A stretch of DNA of 64,000 nt. It comes from Alphaproteobacteria bacterium (GTDB lineage Bacteria > Pseudomonadota > Alphaproteobacteria > GCA-2746255). The notes under the pieces were generated by a model, which was given only the letters and a program-made list of their open reading frames with translations, ran no database searches and was not told the DNA's origin. Position numbers and translations under genes: made by a program. Positions 19,031 to 29,736 of the stretch are shown piece after piece. The stretch lies in contig OZ252220.1 of the NCBI GenBank assembly GCA_965249135.1, positions 1,728,001-1,792,000 on the forward strand, written 5' to 3'. How positions within the stretch are numbered: position 1 is the stretch's first letter; every line of letters starts with the position of its first letter.

Positions 19031-20959
19031 GTGCCAGAACGCACAATATCCGAGGACGCCCCCCCGACAACCGGGGGGAGCTTTGCCGCCCTGCTGGACG
19101 AGTCGCTTGGGGTTCACGAACGCCTCGAGGGCAGCGTCGTCAAGGGTACGATCCTTGGCATCGAAAACGATCTCGTTCTCATTGACGTCGGGCTGAAGTC
19201 GGAAGGCTACGTCTCCTTACGGGAATTTTCCGAAGCCGGACAGCCTGCCGAGGTGAAAATCGGCGACGTCGTGGATGTCTACCTCGTCCGCATGGAAAAC
19301 AGGAATGGCGAGGCCATCCTCAGCCGCGAGAAGGCACGCCGCGAAGAAGCTTGGAATCACCTGGAAGAGGCCTTCAAGGAGGGCCGCCGGGTGTCGGGCA
19401 CGATCTTCGGCCGGGTGAAAGGGGGCTTCACGGTGGACCTCTCCGGTGCGGTGGCGTTCCTGCCGGGAAGCCAAGTCGACCTTCGACCCATTCGCGACAT
19501 CAGCCACCTGATGGGGAACCCGCAAACTTTCCAGATCCTCAAGATGGATCGCAGGCGCAGCAACATCGTCGTTTCGCGACGGGCCGTCCTCGAGGAATCG
19601 CGTGCCGAGGCACGCTCCGAACTCATTTCAAACCTTCAAGAAGGGCAAGTCCGCGAGGGCGTGGTGAAGAACATCACCGACTATGGTGCCTTCGTCGACC
19701 TTGGCGGCGTGGACGGCCTGCTTCACGTGACGGACATTGCCTGGCGACGGATCAACCATCCCTCCGAAGTGCTGAACATTGGCGAGACCGTGAATGTCAA
19801 GGTCATTCGCTTTAATTTGGAGACGCAGCGCATCAGCTTGGGCATGAAGCAGCTCGAGGAGGATCCCTGGGAAGGGGTCGAAGCGAAATACACGGTCGAC
19901 AGCATCTTCAAGGGGCGGGTCACGAACATCACCGACTATGGCGCCTTCGTCGAACTGGAGCCCGGTGTGGAAGGGCTGGTCCATGTCTCTGAAATGAGTT
20001 GGACGAAGAAGAACATGCATCCCGGGAAAATCGTCTCGACCAGCCAGGAAGTCGAAGTCAAGGTGCTGGACGTCGATCATGAGCGCCGCCGCATCAGCCT
20101 TGGCCTCAAACAATGCATGTCGAACCCCTGGGGGGAATTTGGCGAAGCCCATCCGGTCGGTTCCATCGTCGAGGACGAAGTCAAGAACATCACCGAATTT
20201 GGCATGTTCATCGGCCTTAACGGCGATATCGACGGCATGGCCCACCTTTCCGATCTGGATTGGGCGCGGCCCGGTGAAGAGGCCCTCACCGATTACAAGA
20301 AGGGCGATACCGTTAAAGCGAAGGTGCTGGAGATTGACATCGAGAAGGAGCGGGTCAGCCTCGGCATCAAGCAACTGACGGAAGACCCCTATCGCTCCGG
20401 CGCCAAGGAACTGAAAAAGGGAAGCCGCGTCACCTGCACCGTCACGGCCGTCCAGGACAAGGGGATCGAGGTTCGGGTCGGTGACCAGATTACGGCTTTC
20501 GTGCGCAAAGGCGACTTGTCCCGCGATCGCAGTGAGCAGCGGCCGGACCGTTTCGCCGTCGGCGACAAGGTGGATGTGCTGGTGACCTCCTTCGATTCGA
20601 AGAGCCGCAAGCTCTCCGTTTCCATCAAGGCGCTAGAGGTCCAAGAAGAAAAGCAAGCGATGGCGCAATACGGCTCCTCCGATAGCGGGGCAAGCCTGGG
20701 TGATATCTTAGGCGCAGCCATTCATAAGCATAAGAAATCCGCCGAGAACGCCGACGAAGCGGAAGCGAAGGAAGCGAAGAAGAGACCGGAAAAGAAGGCC
20801 GACAAAGCGGAAGCGAAAGAAGCGAAAGAAGCGAAGAAAGCAAAGAAGAAGCCTGAAAAGAAGGCTGCCGCAAAGAAGGCCGAAAAGAAAACCACGAAGA
20901 AGGCCTCGGAGAAAACGGAGCCCGCCGAGGATACGAACGCCGAGGGAGAGGAAGCGTAA
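19031..20959 (+). CDS. rpsA: 30S ribosomal protein S1 with Lys/Glu/Ala-rich C-terminal tail
   Basis: Six S1 repeats (VKNITDYGAFVDLGG etc.), GASLGDILG; follows cmk. Confidence 0.97.
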   Translation: MPERTISEDAPPTTGGSFAALLDESLGVHERLEGSVVKGTILGIENDLVLIDVGLKSEGYVSLREFSEAGQPAEVKIGDVVDVYLVRMENRNGEAILSREKARREEAWNHLEEAFKEGRRVSGTIFGRVKGGFTVDLSGAVAFLPGSQVDLRPIRDISHLMGNPQTFQILKMDRRRSNIVVSRRAVLEESRAEARSELISNLQEGQVREGVVKNITDYGAFVDLGGVDGLLHVTDIAWRRINHPSEVLNIGETVNVKVIRFNLETQRISLGMKQLEEDPWEGVEAKYTVDSIFKGRVTNITDYGAFVELEPGVEGLVHVSEMSWTKKNMHPGKIVSTSQEVEVKVLDVDHERRRISLGLKQCMSNPWGEFGEAHPVGSIVEDEVKNITEFGMFIGLNGDIDGMAHLSDLDWARPGEEALTDYKKGDTVKAKVLEIDIEKERVSLGIKQLTEDPYRSGAKELKKGSRVTCTVTAVQDKGIEVRVGDQITAFVRKGDLSRDRSEQRPDRFAVGDKVDVLVTSFDSKSRKLSVSIKALEVQEEKQAMAQYGSSDSGASLGDILGAAIHKHKKSAENADEAEAKEAKKRPEKKADKAEAKEAKEAKKAKKKPEKKAAAKKAEKKTTKKASEKTEPAEDTNAEGEEA

Positions 20960-21008
20960 GACGCCGATCGGTGATGAAGAAGCCCCGGCGGCGTCTGCCC
21001 GGAGGCCC

Positions 21009-21920
21009 ATGTCCCTGGATACCGATATCCGAATTGATCGTCAGAGTCTGAAGCGGCGACTCGCTTTTTGGCGCATCGTCGCCGTCGTCGCCTTCCTGGG
21101 CGCGCTGCTCATGGCATCCAGTCAGCTTTGGGAGCCGGCCCTCAGCCCGCACATCGCCCGAATCGAGGTTTCCGGGGTCATCGTCAATGACCGCGAGCGA
21201 GACGAGGTCTTGAAGGAAATCGCGGAAAACAGCCGAATTAAGGCCCTTCTCGTCCGGATCGACAGCCCAGGCGGCACGGTGGTCGGGGGGGAGGTGCTTT
21301 ACGGGGCGCTGCGCCGGATCGCCGAGAAGAAACCCGTCGTGGCGATCCTCGACACGATCGCCGCCTCGGGCGGTTACATGGTAGCGATCGCCGCCGATCA
21401 CATCGTCGCCCGCGAAGGAACGATCACGGGTTCGATCGGAGTCGTTTTTCAGACCGCCGAAATTACGACACTGCTTGAAAAGCTCGGCATTGAAACCGCG
21501 GCAATCAAAAGCGCGCCATTGAAAGCATCCCCCTCGCCGTTTGAAAAACTGACGCCAGACGTTCGCAAGGCAAGCCAGGCCCTCGTTGATGACATGTTCG
21601 AGCTCTTCATCGACATGGTGGCCATCCGCCGCGGCATGTCGCGGGAGGAAGTCCGGCGTCTCGCCGATGGGCGGGTCTATACCGGGCGCCAGGCGCTTGC
21701 CGAGCGACTGGTCGACGCGCTGGGAGGTGAGGAAGAGGCCCTGGCATGGCTGGGAGAGGCACGGGACGTGGATCCGACGTTGCCCATTCGTGACATCGAG
21801 GTTCATCCCGAGCGCCTGTTTTGGCGCAAGGCAGTCGAGTCGCTTATAGGAAAAACGGTTTTTTCTGAAAGACTTACCCTTGACGGCTTGGTCTTGCTCT
21901 GGCACCCTAAACTGTATTAA
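21009..21920 (+). CDS. sppA: Signal peptide peptidase SppA (36K type)
   Basis: RIDSPGG, AASGGY, TGSIGV, DGRVYTG. Confidence 0.93.
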   Translation: MSLDTDIRIDRQSLKRRLAFWRIVAVVAFLGALLMASSQLWEPALSPHIARIEVSGVIVNDRERDEVLKEIAENSRIKALLVRIDSPGGTVVGGEVLYGALRRIAEKKPVVAILDTIAASGGYMVAIAADHIVAREGTITGSIGVVFQTAEITTLLEKLGIETAAIKSAPLKASPSPFEKLTPDVRKASQALVDDMFELFIDMVAIRRGMSREEVRRLADGRVYTGRQALAERLVDALGGEEEALAWLGEARDVDPTLPIRDIEVHPERLFWRKAVESLIGKTVFSERLTLDGLVLLWHPKLY

Positions 21921-21980
21921 CTCGCTGGCCGAGCCGATGGGGAGGCGGAGCGAAATACAAAGCGAGGAGGCGAATCGGTC

Positions 21981-22265
21981 ATGACAAAATCCGAATTAAT
22001 TCAGCGCCTCACGGAACAGAACCCGCATCTCTACCAGCGGGACATCGAACGCGTGGTTGCCACTATTTTCGATGAAATCGCATCCGCCCTTTCCAATAGT
22101 GAGCGGGTGGAACTTCGCGGCTTTGGGGCGTTCTCGGTGAAGCGTCGGGATGCCCGGATTGGGCGGAATCCCCGGACCGGCGAAACGGTCCGTGTGGCCG
22201 AGAAATACATCCCCTTCTTCAAGACCGGCAAAGAGCTTCGGGAGCGGCTGAGCGGCAAGGCCTAA
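21981..22265 (+). CDS. ihfB: Integration host factor beta
   Basis: [35 protein letters not shown]. Confidence 0.96.
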   Translation: MTKSELIQRLTEQNPHLYQRDIERVVATIFDEIASALSNSERVELRGFGAFSVKRRDARIGRNPRTGETVRVAEKYIPFFKTGKELRERLSGKA

Positions 22266-22317
22266 GCGCCTTCGCGAGCCAGTCCTCACATGTCTCTGCC
22301 GGAACGAGACTTAAGGC

Positions 22318-22701
22318 ATGCGCTTCCTTGCCCGCCTTTTCGCCCTTGCCTTCGCTCTCTTCGCGATCCTGTTTGCCGCCGCCAATCATGGGGAAGTGAC
22401 GCTCCGCCTCTGGCCGTTGCCTTATGTGGCGACCCTACCCATCTACGTGGCAGTACTGGGCGCGGTCGTGCTTGGCTTTCTCGCCGGCGCCCTGGCCCTT
22501 TGGCCGTCCCTTCACCGCTGGCGCCACGCCTCCCGCCGCGAGGCCCGAACCATTGCCGCCCTCGAACAGGAAACGGCGCGGCTTCGCGAGCATCCGAGCG
22601 GGGAGACGAAGCCGAAGCGGCCGGCCTTCCGGCGGTTGCTGATGAGTAATAAGGGCACTTCCGGCGCATCGAACAGCGTGGGCGATGCTAATCTGCTATA
22701 A
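22318..22701 (+). CDS. lapA: LapA / DUF1049 family membrane protein
   Basis: Two TM helices, FAAAN...V.L.LWP, coiled C-terminal segment; position ihfB-lapA-pyrF. Confidence 0.72.
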   Translation: MRFLARLFALAFALFAILFAAANHGEVTLRLWPLPYVATLPIYVAVLGAVVLGFLAGALALWPSLHRWRHASRREARTIAALEQETARLREHPSGETKPKRPAFRRLLMSNKGTSGASNSVGDANLL

Positions 22702-22751
22702 ACGGCGCCGGCCTTGGGAGGCTGGCGAATTTTCGTAAGAATCTTGAACGA

Positions 22752-23489
22752 GTGGCTTACCCCATGATCGGAGGCGACCCCGCCCGGCGTATCTTCTGCG
22801 CGATCGACACCGACGCGCTGCCTTCGGCATTGAGGCTTGTGAAGACGCTTGGCGGCCATATCGGCGGCGTCAAGGTGGGGCTCGAATTCTTTACCGTCGC
22901 CGGGCCGGAGGGCGTTAAGGCGATGGCGGCGGCCGCGCCGCTTTTTCTCGACCTCAAATTTCACGATATTCCGAACACGGTGGCGGGTGCGGTCCGCGCC
23001 GCCGTGGCGTTGCGCCCGGTTTTCCTGACGGTCCATGTGGCAGGCGGCGAGGCGATGCTCCGTGCCGCAAAGACGGCAGCGGTAGAGGCCGCGGCGGAAG
23101 CGAAAGTCGAACGGCCCCTTCTTCTTGGCGTGACGGTGTTGACGAGCCTCGATCAGACGGATTTGGATGGGATCGGGCTTCGCGGCCCCGTCGAGGTGCG
23201 CACGCTTGCCCTTGCCGAACTTGCTGAGCGCACCGGCCTCGATGGCGTCGTCGCATCGGCTCAAGAGGCGAAGCGGATCCGCGATCGCTTTGGCCCCGAT
23301 TTCAAACTCGTCGTGCCGGGTCTTCGCCCGGCCTTCACGAAGGCCGAAGACCAGAAACGGGTCATGACGCCAGCCGAGGCGGTGGCGGCAGGCGCCGACG
23401 TTCTCGTCATCGGCCGGCCGATTACCCAGGCCGCCGATCCTCTGGAGGCGGTACAAAGGATCGTCGAGGAAATCGACGCCGGCTCATGA
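22752..23489 (+). CDS. pyrF: Orotidine-5'-phosphate decarboxylase
   Basis: FLDLKFHDIPNTV, VTVLTS, PGLR, DQKR, GRPIT. Confidence 0.96.
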   Translation: MAYPMIGGDPARRIFCAIDTDALPSALRLVKTLGGHIGGVKVGLEFFTVAGPEGVKAMAAAAPLFLDLKFHDIPNTVAGAVRAAVALRPVFLTVHVAGGEAMLRAAKTAAVEAAAEAKVERPLLLGVTVLTSLDQTDLDGIGLRGPVEVRTLALAELAERTGLDGVVASAQEAKRIRDRFGPDFKLVVPGLRPAFTKAEDQKRVMTPAEAVAAGADVLVIGRPITQAADPLEAVQRIVEEIDAGS

Positions 23490-24124
23490 CGGTCGAGGCG
23501 AAAATCTGTGGGATCACGTCGCCAGATGCGGTGACGGCAGCCGCCGAAGGGGGGAGCCGGTTCGTCGGGTACGTCTTCTACGCACCTTCGCCACGGGATC
23601 TGACGATCGAGGCGGCGCGCAAGCTTGCCTCCGCCGTCCCCTCGCCGATCCAGAAGGTGGGCCTTTTCGTCGATGCGGCGGATGAAACGATTGCCCGGGT
23701 GCTTGGCGAGGTGCCGCTCGATTGTCTGCAGTTGCATGGGGAAGAATCGCCCGCGCGTATCAAAGCCATCCGTGAGCGGTTCGGTTTGCCGGTCATGAAG
23801 GCCATCCGGATCGGCGTGCAACCCGATGTCGAGAAGGCAACACCCTATCTGGATGTCGCGGACCGGCTGCTTTTCGATGCATTGGGGCCCGCTGGGGGCC
23901 TGCCGGGGGGTACCGGACAAGCCTTTGAATGGGAATGGCTTTCGGGCCATGACTGGCCGCTGCCCTGGATGTTGTCGGGCGGCCTTAACGCCTCTAATGT
24001 GGCAGACGCTGTCCGGCGGAGCGGTGCCCGGGCAGTTGACGTTTCCTCCGGCGTTGAGGATAAACCGGGCCACAAGGATCCTGGACGGATCGCCGAATTT
24101 CTTTCGGCGGTCGCAGGCCTTTGA
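23486..24124 (+). CDS. trpF: Phosphoribosylanthranilate isomerase
   Basis: KICGIT, QLHGEE, GGTG, SGGL, VDVSSGVE. Confidence 0.96.
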   Translation: MTVEAKICGITSPDAVTAAAEGGSRFVGYVFYAPSPRDLTIEAARKLASAVPSPIQKVGLFVDAADETIARVLGEVPLDCLQLHGEESPARIKAIRERFGLPVMKAIRIGVQPDVEKATPYLDVADRLLFDALGPAGGLPGGTGQAFEWEWLSGHDWPLPWMLSGGLNASNVADAVRRSGARAVDVSSGVEDKPGHKDPGRIAEFLSAVAGL

Positions 24125-24148
24125 TCCCGGGCCCGGGAAGGACTTGGC

Positions 24149-25375
24149 ATGACGGAACCGGCCAAACAGAAGATTAACAGCTTTTATGGCGGCCCCGATG
24201 CGGAAGGCCACTTCGGCATTTACGGCGGGCGTTTCGTCGCGGAAACGTTGATGCCGCTTATTCTGGAGGTGGAGGCGGCTTACGAAGCGGCGAAGAAAGA
24301 TTCGACGTTCGCCCGCGAGCTTGCCTATTACCTCAAGCATTACGCCGGCCGGCCAAGTCCTCTTTACTTCGCCGAGGGGCTGACCCGGCATTTTAAAGGC
24401 GCGAAGATTTACTTCAAGCGGGACGAACTCAATCACACGGGTGCCCACAAGATCAACAACTGCATTGGCCAGGCGTTGCTGGCCCGCAAGATGGGAAAGA
24501 CGCGCATCATCGCCGAGACCGGTGCCGGTCAGCATGGCGTTGCGACGGCGACCGTCTGTGCGTTGTTCGGCCTGCATTGCCGCATCTACATGGGCGAGGT
24601 CGACATCAAGCGGCAATCGCCGAACGTTTTTCGAATGAAGCTCCTGGGTGCGGAGGTCGTGCCGGTGACCTCCGGCTCAGCGACGCTCAAGGATGCGATG
24701 AACGAGGCGCTCAGGGATTGGGTAGGGAATGTCGAAGACACCTACTACCTAATCGGCACCGTCGCCGGCCCCCACCCCTATCCGGAGATGGTGCGGGACT
24801 TCCAGTCGGTGATCGGTGGGGAGACCCGCAAGCAGATCATGGAAGCCGAGGGACGAATCCCGGATAGCCTCGTGGCGTGCATCGGCGGCGGTTCCAATGC
24901 GATCGGACTGTTTTATCCTTTCCTCGATGATCGGGATGTGCGGCTGATCGGCGTCGAGGCGGCAGGCAAGGGCATTGAAACTGGCGAACACGCCGCTTCC
25001 CTTTCCGCCGGCAGCCCCGGCGTTCTGCACGGCAACCGAACCTATCTGCTGCAGGATGCGGATGGTCAGATCCAGAACGCGCACTCGATTTCCGCGGGCC
25101 TCGACTATCCCGGCATCGGACCCGAGCACGCCTGGCTCCATGAGGCGGGCCGCGTGGAATATGTCGCTATCACGGATGTAGAGGCGCTGGCCGCCTTCCA
25201 GTTGTGTACGCGCACGGAAGGCATCATCCCGGCCCTGGAACCGGCCCATGCCCTGGCCCAGGTCGCGAAGATCGCGCCTGAGCTTCCGGCCGACCACCTT
25301 CTCGTCATGAACCTATGCGGTCGCGGCGACAAGGACATCTTCACGGTGGCCGACGCGCTGGGAGTCGAGCTTTGA
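24149..25375 (+). CDS. trpB: Tryptophan synthase beta chain
   Basis: [14 protein letters not shown] lysine, [22 protein letters not shown]. Confidence 0.98.
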   Translation: MTEPAKQKINSFYGGPDAEGHFGIYGGRFVAETLMPLILEVEAAYEAAKKDSTFARELAYYLKHYAGRPSPLYFAEGLTRHFKGAKIYFKRDELNHTGAHKINNCIGQALLARKMGKTRIIAETGAGQHGVATATVCALFGLHCRIYMGEVDIKRQSPNVFRMKLLGAEVVPVTSGSATLKDAMNEALRDWVGNVEDTYYLIGTVAGPHPYPEMVRDFQSVIGGETRKQIMEAEGRIPDSLVACIGGGSNAIGLFYPFLDDRDVRLIGVEAAGKGIETGEHAASLSAGSPGVLHGNRTYLLQDADGQIQNAHSISAGLDYPGIGPEHAWLHEAGRVEYVAITDVEALAAFQLCTRTEGIIPALEPAHALAQVAKIAPELPADHLLVMNLCGRGDKDIFTVADALGVEL

Positions 25376-26256
25376 ACGCAACCCCGAAAGCTAGCGTGAA
25401 AGGCCGCATCGAGACGCGCTTCGCAGCGCTTGCGGCGGAGGGGCGCGCCGGCCTCATCGCCTTTATCACGGCGGGCGATCCGGACGCGGCGACCTCGCTT
25501 GTCCTTCTCGAAGGCTTGCCGAAGGCGGGTGCGGACCTCATCGAACTCGGCATGCCATTTTCGGATCCCATAGCAGATGGGCCGGCGATCCAGGCGAGCT
25601 CCAAACGGGCGCTTATGAGCGGGGCGAGCCTTCGGAAAACCCTCGAGATGGTGGAGCGTTTCCGGAAGAAGGATACAGAAACGCCGGTCATCCTGATGGG
25701 CTACTACAATCCCATCTACGTCTATGGTGTGGATCGATTCCTGGAGGATGCCTTGAAGGCGGGCATCGATGGGTTGATCGTCGTCGACCTGCCGCCGGAG
25801 GAGGATCGTGAACTCTGTTTGCCGGCAGGGAAAGTGGGGCTTCCTTTCATTCGGCTGGCCGCGCCTACGACGGACGCGCGGCGATTGCCGAGGGTTCTCG
25901 AAAATGCGAGCGGCTTTCTCTATTACATTTCCATCACCGGCATCACGGGAACGAAGACGGCGCCAAGCGAGGCCGTGGCAAAGGCGGTGGATCGCCTGCG
26001 CCGGCATACGGAACTTCCCATCGCCGTTGGTTTTGGTATCCGGACACCGGAACTGGCAGAGAAAATCGCCGCCCATGCGGATGCCGTCGTCGTCGGTTCG
26101 GCCCTCGTGCAAAGGATCGAGGAGGGGCTTGCCGCAGGCGGGTCTGCGGCCGATCTTTCCGGATCCGTTCTCCGGTTCGTGGAAGAGTTGGCGGGTGGGG
26201 TTCGACGCGCGGCCCGGAATCCCGAAACACGCACTTCCAGAAAGGGCGTCGCATGA
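25372..26256 (+). CDS. trpA: Tryptophan synthase alpha chain
   Basis: [28 protein letters not shown]; likely TTG start at 25372 overlapping the trpB stop, or GTG at 25396. Confidence 0.95.
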   Translation: MNATPKASVKGRIETRFAALAAEGRAGLIAFITAGDPDAATSLVLLEGLPKAGADLIELGMPFSDPIADGPAIQASSKRALMSGASLRKTLEMVERFRKKDTETPVILMGYYNPIYVYGVDRFLEDALKAGIDGLIVVDLPPEEDRELCLPAGKVGLPFIRLAAPTTDARRLPRVLENASGFLYYISITGITGTKTAPSEAVAKAVDRLRRHTELPIAVGFGIRTPELAEKIAAHADAVVVGSALVQRIEEGLAAGGSAADLSGSVLRFVEELAGGVRRAARNPETRTSRKGVA

Positions 26257-27161
26257 ACTGGCTTCGTAATTTCGTTCGCCCGAAGATACAGGCCATCGTC
26301 CGGAAAAAAGACGTGCCAGAGAACCTTTGGGAGACCTGTTCCGAATGCGGGCAGATGATCTTTCATCGCGAGCTGGAAGCAAATTTGAGGGTTTGTCCGG
26401 AATGTGGCTTTCACATGCAGTTGCATCCCGAACAACGGCTGAAGCTGCTATTTGACGAGGGCGAGTACAAACGGATCGAGCTTCCGGAAGTGGCGGCCGA
26501 CCCGCTTAAGTTCCGGGACAAACGCCGTTATTCGGACCGGTTGTGCGACGCCCAAAGCAAGACCGGCGAGCCGGATGCGATCGTCGTCGCCCATGGCCGG
26601 ATCGGTGGGATCAACACCGTCATTGCCGCCTTCAACTTCGATTTTCTGGGTGGCTCCATGGGAACGGCCGTGGGCGAGGGCCTCGTGGCGGCGGCACGGC
26701 TCGCGGTGCTGCAAGAATCCCCGTTCGTCGTCATTCCCGCATCGGGAGGAGCGCGCATGCAGGAAGGCGTACTTTCGCTGATGCAGATGGCGCGCACCAC
26801 GGTCGCCATCGAAGAGGTAAGGGAGATGGGCCTTCCCTACGTCGTCATCTTGACGAACCCGACGACAGGCGGCGTGACGGCCTCCTTCGCCATGCTCGGC
26901 GATCTGGCGATCGCGGAGCCGGGCGCGATCATCGGCTTTGCAGGCGCGCGCGTGATCGAAACGACGATCCGCGAGTCTTTGCCGGAAGGCTTCCAACGAT
27001 CGGAATACCTTCTCGAGCACGGCATGATCGACTTGATCGTGCCGAGAGCCGAGCTTCGCGACACGCTGGCCCGCGTTCTTGGGATCTTGTCCAACCGGGG
27101 ACCGGTGGGTGAACTCGTCCCTATTCCACGGACGGAAACGACGCCACCCCGTCCGGATTGA
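26253..27161 (+). CDS. accD: Acetyl-CoA carboxylase carboxyltransferase beta
   Basis: C4 zinc finger, [34 protein letters not shown]. Confidence 0.97.
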   Translation: MNWLRNFVRPKIQAIVRKKDVPENLWETCSECGQMIFHRELEANLRVCPECGFHMQLHPEQRLKLLFDEGEYKRIELPEVAADPLKFRDKRRYSDRLCDAQSKTGEPDAIVVAHGRIGGINTVIAAFNFDFLGGSMGTAVGEGLVAAARLAVLQESPFVVIPASGGARMQEGVLSLMQMARTTVAIEEVREMGLPYVVILTNPTTGGVTASFAMLGDLAIAEPGAIIGFAGARVIETTIRESLPEGFQRSEYLLEHGMIDLIVPRAELRDTLARVLGILSNRGPVGELVPIPRTETTPPRPD

Positions 27162-27179
27162 TCGGATGAGAAGGCAGCC

Positions 27180-28508
27180 TTGACACGGACGGTCGATCCG
27201 ATACTCGAACGGCTTTCGACGCTTCATCCGAAGGCGATCGACCTTTCGTTAGGCCGCATCGAACGCCTGCTCGGCGCGCTTGGCCATCCGGAAGCATCGC
27301 TTCCGCCCGTCGTGCATGTGGCCGGTACGAACGGAAAAGGCTCGCTCATCGCGTTCCTTCGGGCGATTCTTGAGGCGGCCGGCATCCGCGTCCACACTTA
27401 CACCTCTCCCCACCTCGTCCGGTTCAACGAGCGGGTCTGTCTTGCCGGCCATCCCATCCTTGAGGCGGACCTCATCCGGCTGTTGGAACGGTGCGAGGCG
27501 GCAAACGAAGGCAAGGCGATCACCTTCTTCGAAATCACGACGGCGGCTGCCTTCCTGGCCTTTGCGGAGGCAAGGGCGGAGGGGAATATCGTGTTGCTCG
27601 AGACGGGCTTGGGCGGGAGGCTTGATGCGACAAACCTGATTGCGCAGCCGCTCCTTTCCGTGTTGACGCCGATCGCGATCGATCACACGCAGTTTCTTGG
27701 TACCTCGCTAAGCGCCATCGCGGCCGAGAAAGCGGCCATTTTGAAACCGGGCGTGCCCGCCGTCGTCGGGCCGCAACCGGCGGCGGCCGAGGCGGTCATT
27801 GCGGCCGAGGCGGCGGCGAAGCAGGCTCCACTTTTTCGCATGGGACGCGAGTGGTCCGTCGCGCCTACCGGAGAGGGGATCCGCTATCGGGAAGGGGAGA
27901 CGGAATTCACCCTGCCTAAGCCCGGTCTTCCCGGCCGCCACCAGATCGAAAATGCCGGCATCGCGCTGGCCGCCGTGCGAAGGCTTGGGCGTTTCACGGT
28001 TTCAAAGGCGGCCATGGCCGAAGGGCTTGCGAATGTCGATTGGCCGGGGCGGTTGCAGCGCCTAAGGCAAGGGCCACTGCTTTCGCTTCTTCCTCCCGGT
28101 GCCGAGCTTTGGCTGGATGGCGGGCACAACCTGGCCGCCGCCGAGGCGTTGCGGGAGTGGGCGGCGGCGGAGGCTCGCCCGCTCGCGCTTGTCTTTGGCA
28201 TGTTGAACACGAAGGACCCGGAAGCGTTTCTTCGCCTGCTGGCACCCCAGGTGACGGCGCTTTGCGCCGTGCCCATCCCGGAAAGTGACGCGAGCCTTTT
28301 GCCGGAGGAGCTGGTTTCGGCGGCCAAGGCCGCCGGCATCGCGCACGCCTTCGCCGCCGCCGACCCGGCCGCAGCAGTTCGGCGGATCGTTCAGCAAAGC
28401 GGGCCGCCACCCCGTCTTCTGGTGACCGGCTCGCTTTATCTGGTGGGCGAGGTGCTTAAAGATGCGGAAAGGACGCCGGAGAAAGCGGCGCTTTCGCTCG
28501 GCGCTTAA
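27180..28508 (+). CDS. folC: Folylpolyglutamate synthase / dihydrofolate synthase
   Basis: HVAGTNGKGS, TSPHL, ETGLGGRLDATN, WPGRLQ, DGGHN, GSLYLVG. Confidence 0.96.
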   Translation: MTRTVDPILERLSTLHPKAIDLSLGRIERLLGALGHPEASLPPVVHVAGTNGKGSLIAFLRAILEAAGIRVHTYTSPHLVRFNERVCLAGHPILEADLIRLLERCEAANEGKAITFFEITTAAAFLAFAEARAEGNIVLLETGLGGRLDATNLIAQPLLSVLTPIAIDHTQFLGTSLSAIAAEKAAILKPGVPAVVGPQPAAAEAVIAAEAAAKQAPLFRMGREWSVAPTGEGIRYREGETEFTLPKPGLPGRHQIENAGIALAAVRRLGRFTVSKAAMAEGLANVDWPGRLQRLRQGPLLSLLPPGAELWLDGGHNLAAAEALREWAAAEARPLALVFGMLNTKDPEAFLRLLAPQVTALCAVPIPESDASLLPEELVSAAKAAGIAHAFAAADPAAAVRRIVQQSGPPPRLLVTGSLYLVGEVLKDAERTPEKAALSLGA

Positions 28509-28565
28509 GCATACCCGCCCCCAACGCTTGGTCTTGCGAAGTGCTTCCGGCTATAATTCCCCTCG

Positions 28566-29531
28566 ATGACCGACCCTGCTCTCGCTCGCAAGGCACCCGC
28601 CCTCGATCCGCGAAAATTCCGCGACCCAGACGTGACCGCCGATGGCGAACCGCGGGGGGTCGTGCCGTTCTTCAGTCTCAAGACGCTCTGGGTCAATACC
28701 GGCACCCTTTGCAACCTTACCTGCGAGCACTGCTATATCGAGTCGTCGCCTACGAATGACCGACTCGTTTACCTGACCGCTTCGGAAGTAGCGAGATATC
28801 TCGACGAGATCGAAGTACAGCAATTGCCGACGGAGGAGATCGGCTTTACCGGTGGGGAGCCCTTCATGAATCCCGACATCATGGAGACGCTGGAAGATTC
28901 GCTTGCGCGCGGCTTCCGTGTGCTCGTGCTTACGAATGCGATGCGCCCGATGCTGCGGCACAAGGGGGGCTTGAGCGAACTAAAAAAGGTATTCGGCCCG
29001 AAACTCGTGATCCGGGTTTCCCTCGATCACTACGGGAAAGCACTGCACGAAAGCAAACGCGGGAAGGATACCTATGAGAAAACCGTCAAGGGTCTGGCGT
29101 GGCTTAGTCAAGCCGGGTTTGCCGTTCGCGTCGTCGGCCGTACCTGTTGGGGCGAGCCGGTGGATGGGATGCGGGAAGGCTATCGCCGACTTTTTCACGC
29201 TCAGGATATTTCTATCGATGCGGAAAATGAAGAAACCCTTGTCTTTTTTCCGGAAATGGATGCGACAGCGGATGTACCGGAAATCACACAAGGTTGTTGG
29301 AAGACGCTCGGCGTCGAACCAAGCCATATCATGTGTGCAACTTCCCGCATGGTCGTAAAACGCAAAGGGGCGGATGGTCCAGTCGTGCTTGCTTGCACGC
29401 TGGTTGCTTATGATCCTGAATTCGAGATGGGAAAAACGCTTGCCGAGGCGGCCCGGCCGGTAAAGCTGAATCATCCCCATTGCGCTCGCTTCTGTGTACT
29501 GGGCGGCGGTGTCTGTAGCAAGGTTGCTTAA
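28566..29531 (+). CDS. Radical SAM protein of unknown function
   Basis: CNLTCEHC (CX3CX2C), FTGGEP, LTN; Cys-rich C-terminus HPHCARFCVLGGGVC. Confidence 0.88.
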   Translation: MTDPALARKAPALDPRKFRDPDVTADGEPRGVVPFFSLKTLWVNTGTLCNLTCEHCYIESSPTNDRLVYLTASEVARYLDEIEVQQLPTEEIGFTGGEPFMNPDIMETLEDSLARGFRVLVLTNAMRPMLRHKGGLSELKKVFGPKLVIRVSLDHYGKALHESKRGKDTYEKTVKGLAWLSQAGFAVRVVGRTCWGEPVDGMREGYRRLFHAQDISIDAENEETLVFFPEMDATADVPEITQGCWKTLGVEPSHIMCATSRMVVKRKGADGPVVLACTLVAYDPEFEMGKTLAEAARPVKLNHPHCARFCVLGGGVCSKVA

Positions 29532-29559
29532 GTCCCCTATTTTTCTTAGGAAAGGCCGC

Positions 29560-29588
29560 TTGACGGAACGGCGTTAGGTTTTTATGGT
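29560..29588 (+). promoter_or_regulatory. Putative sigma70 promoter for the riboswitch-metZ unit
   Basis: TTGACG-N17-TATGGT immediately before the riboswitch. Confidence 0.65.
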
Positions 29589-29592
29589 TCGT

Positions 29593-29652
29593 TCCCTGTG
29601 GTGATTTGTTTGACCGGCTTGCGACCACGGAAAAGAAACCGCTAAAAGGTCC
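29593..29652 (+). ncRNA. SAM-II (SAM-alpha) riboswitch
   Basis: GTGGTGATTTG...CCGGCTTGCGACCAC...GCTAAA pattern upstream of metZ. Confidence 0.88.
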
Positions 29653-29662
29653 GCGTGGTTAC

Positions 29663-29690
29663 GACCCTGACCCGGCGGGCAGGGTTTTTT
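29663..29690 (+). terminator. Intrinsic terminator in the metZ leader
   Basis: GACCCTG-A-CCC-GGC-GGG-CAGGGTT followed by a T-run. Confidence 0.75.
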
Positions 29691-29736
29691 GTTCGGTTTC
29701 CACCGTTCCTTATGCCGCAGGCTTGAGGAGAGCGCG

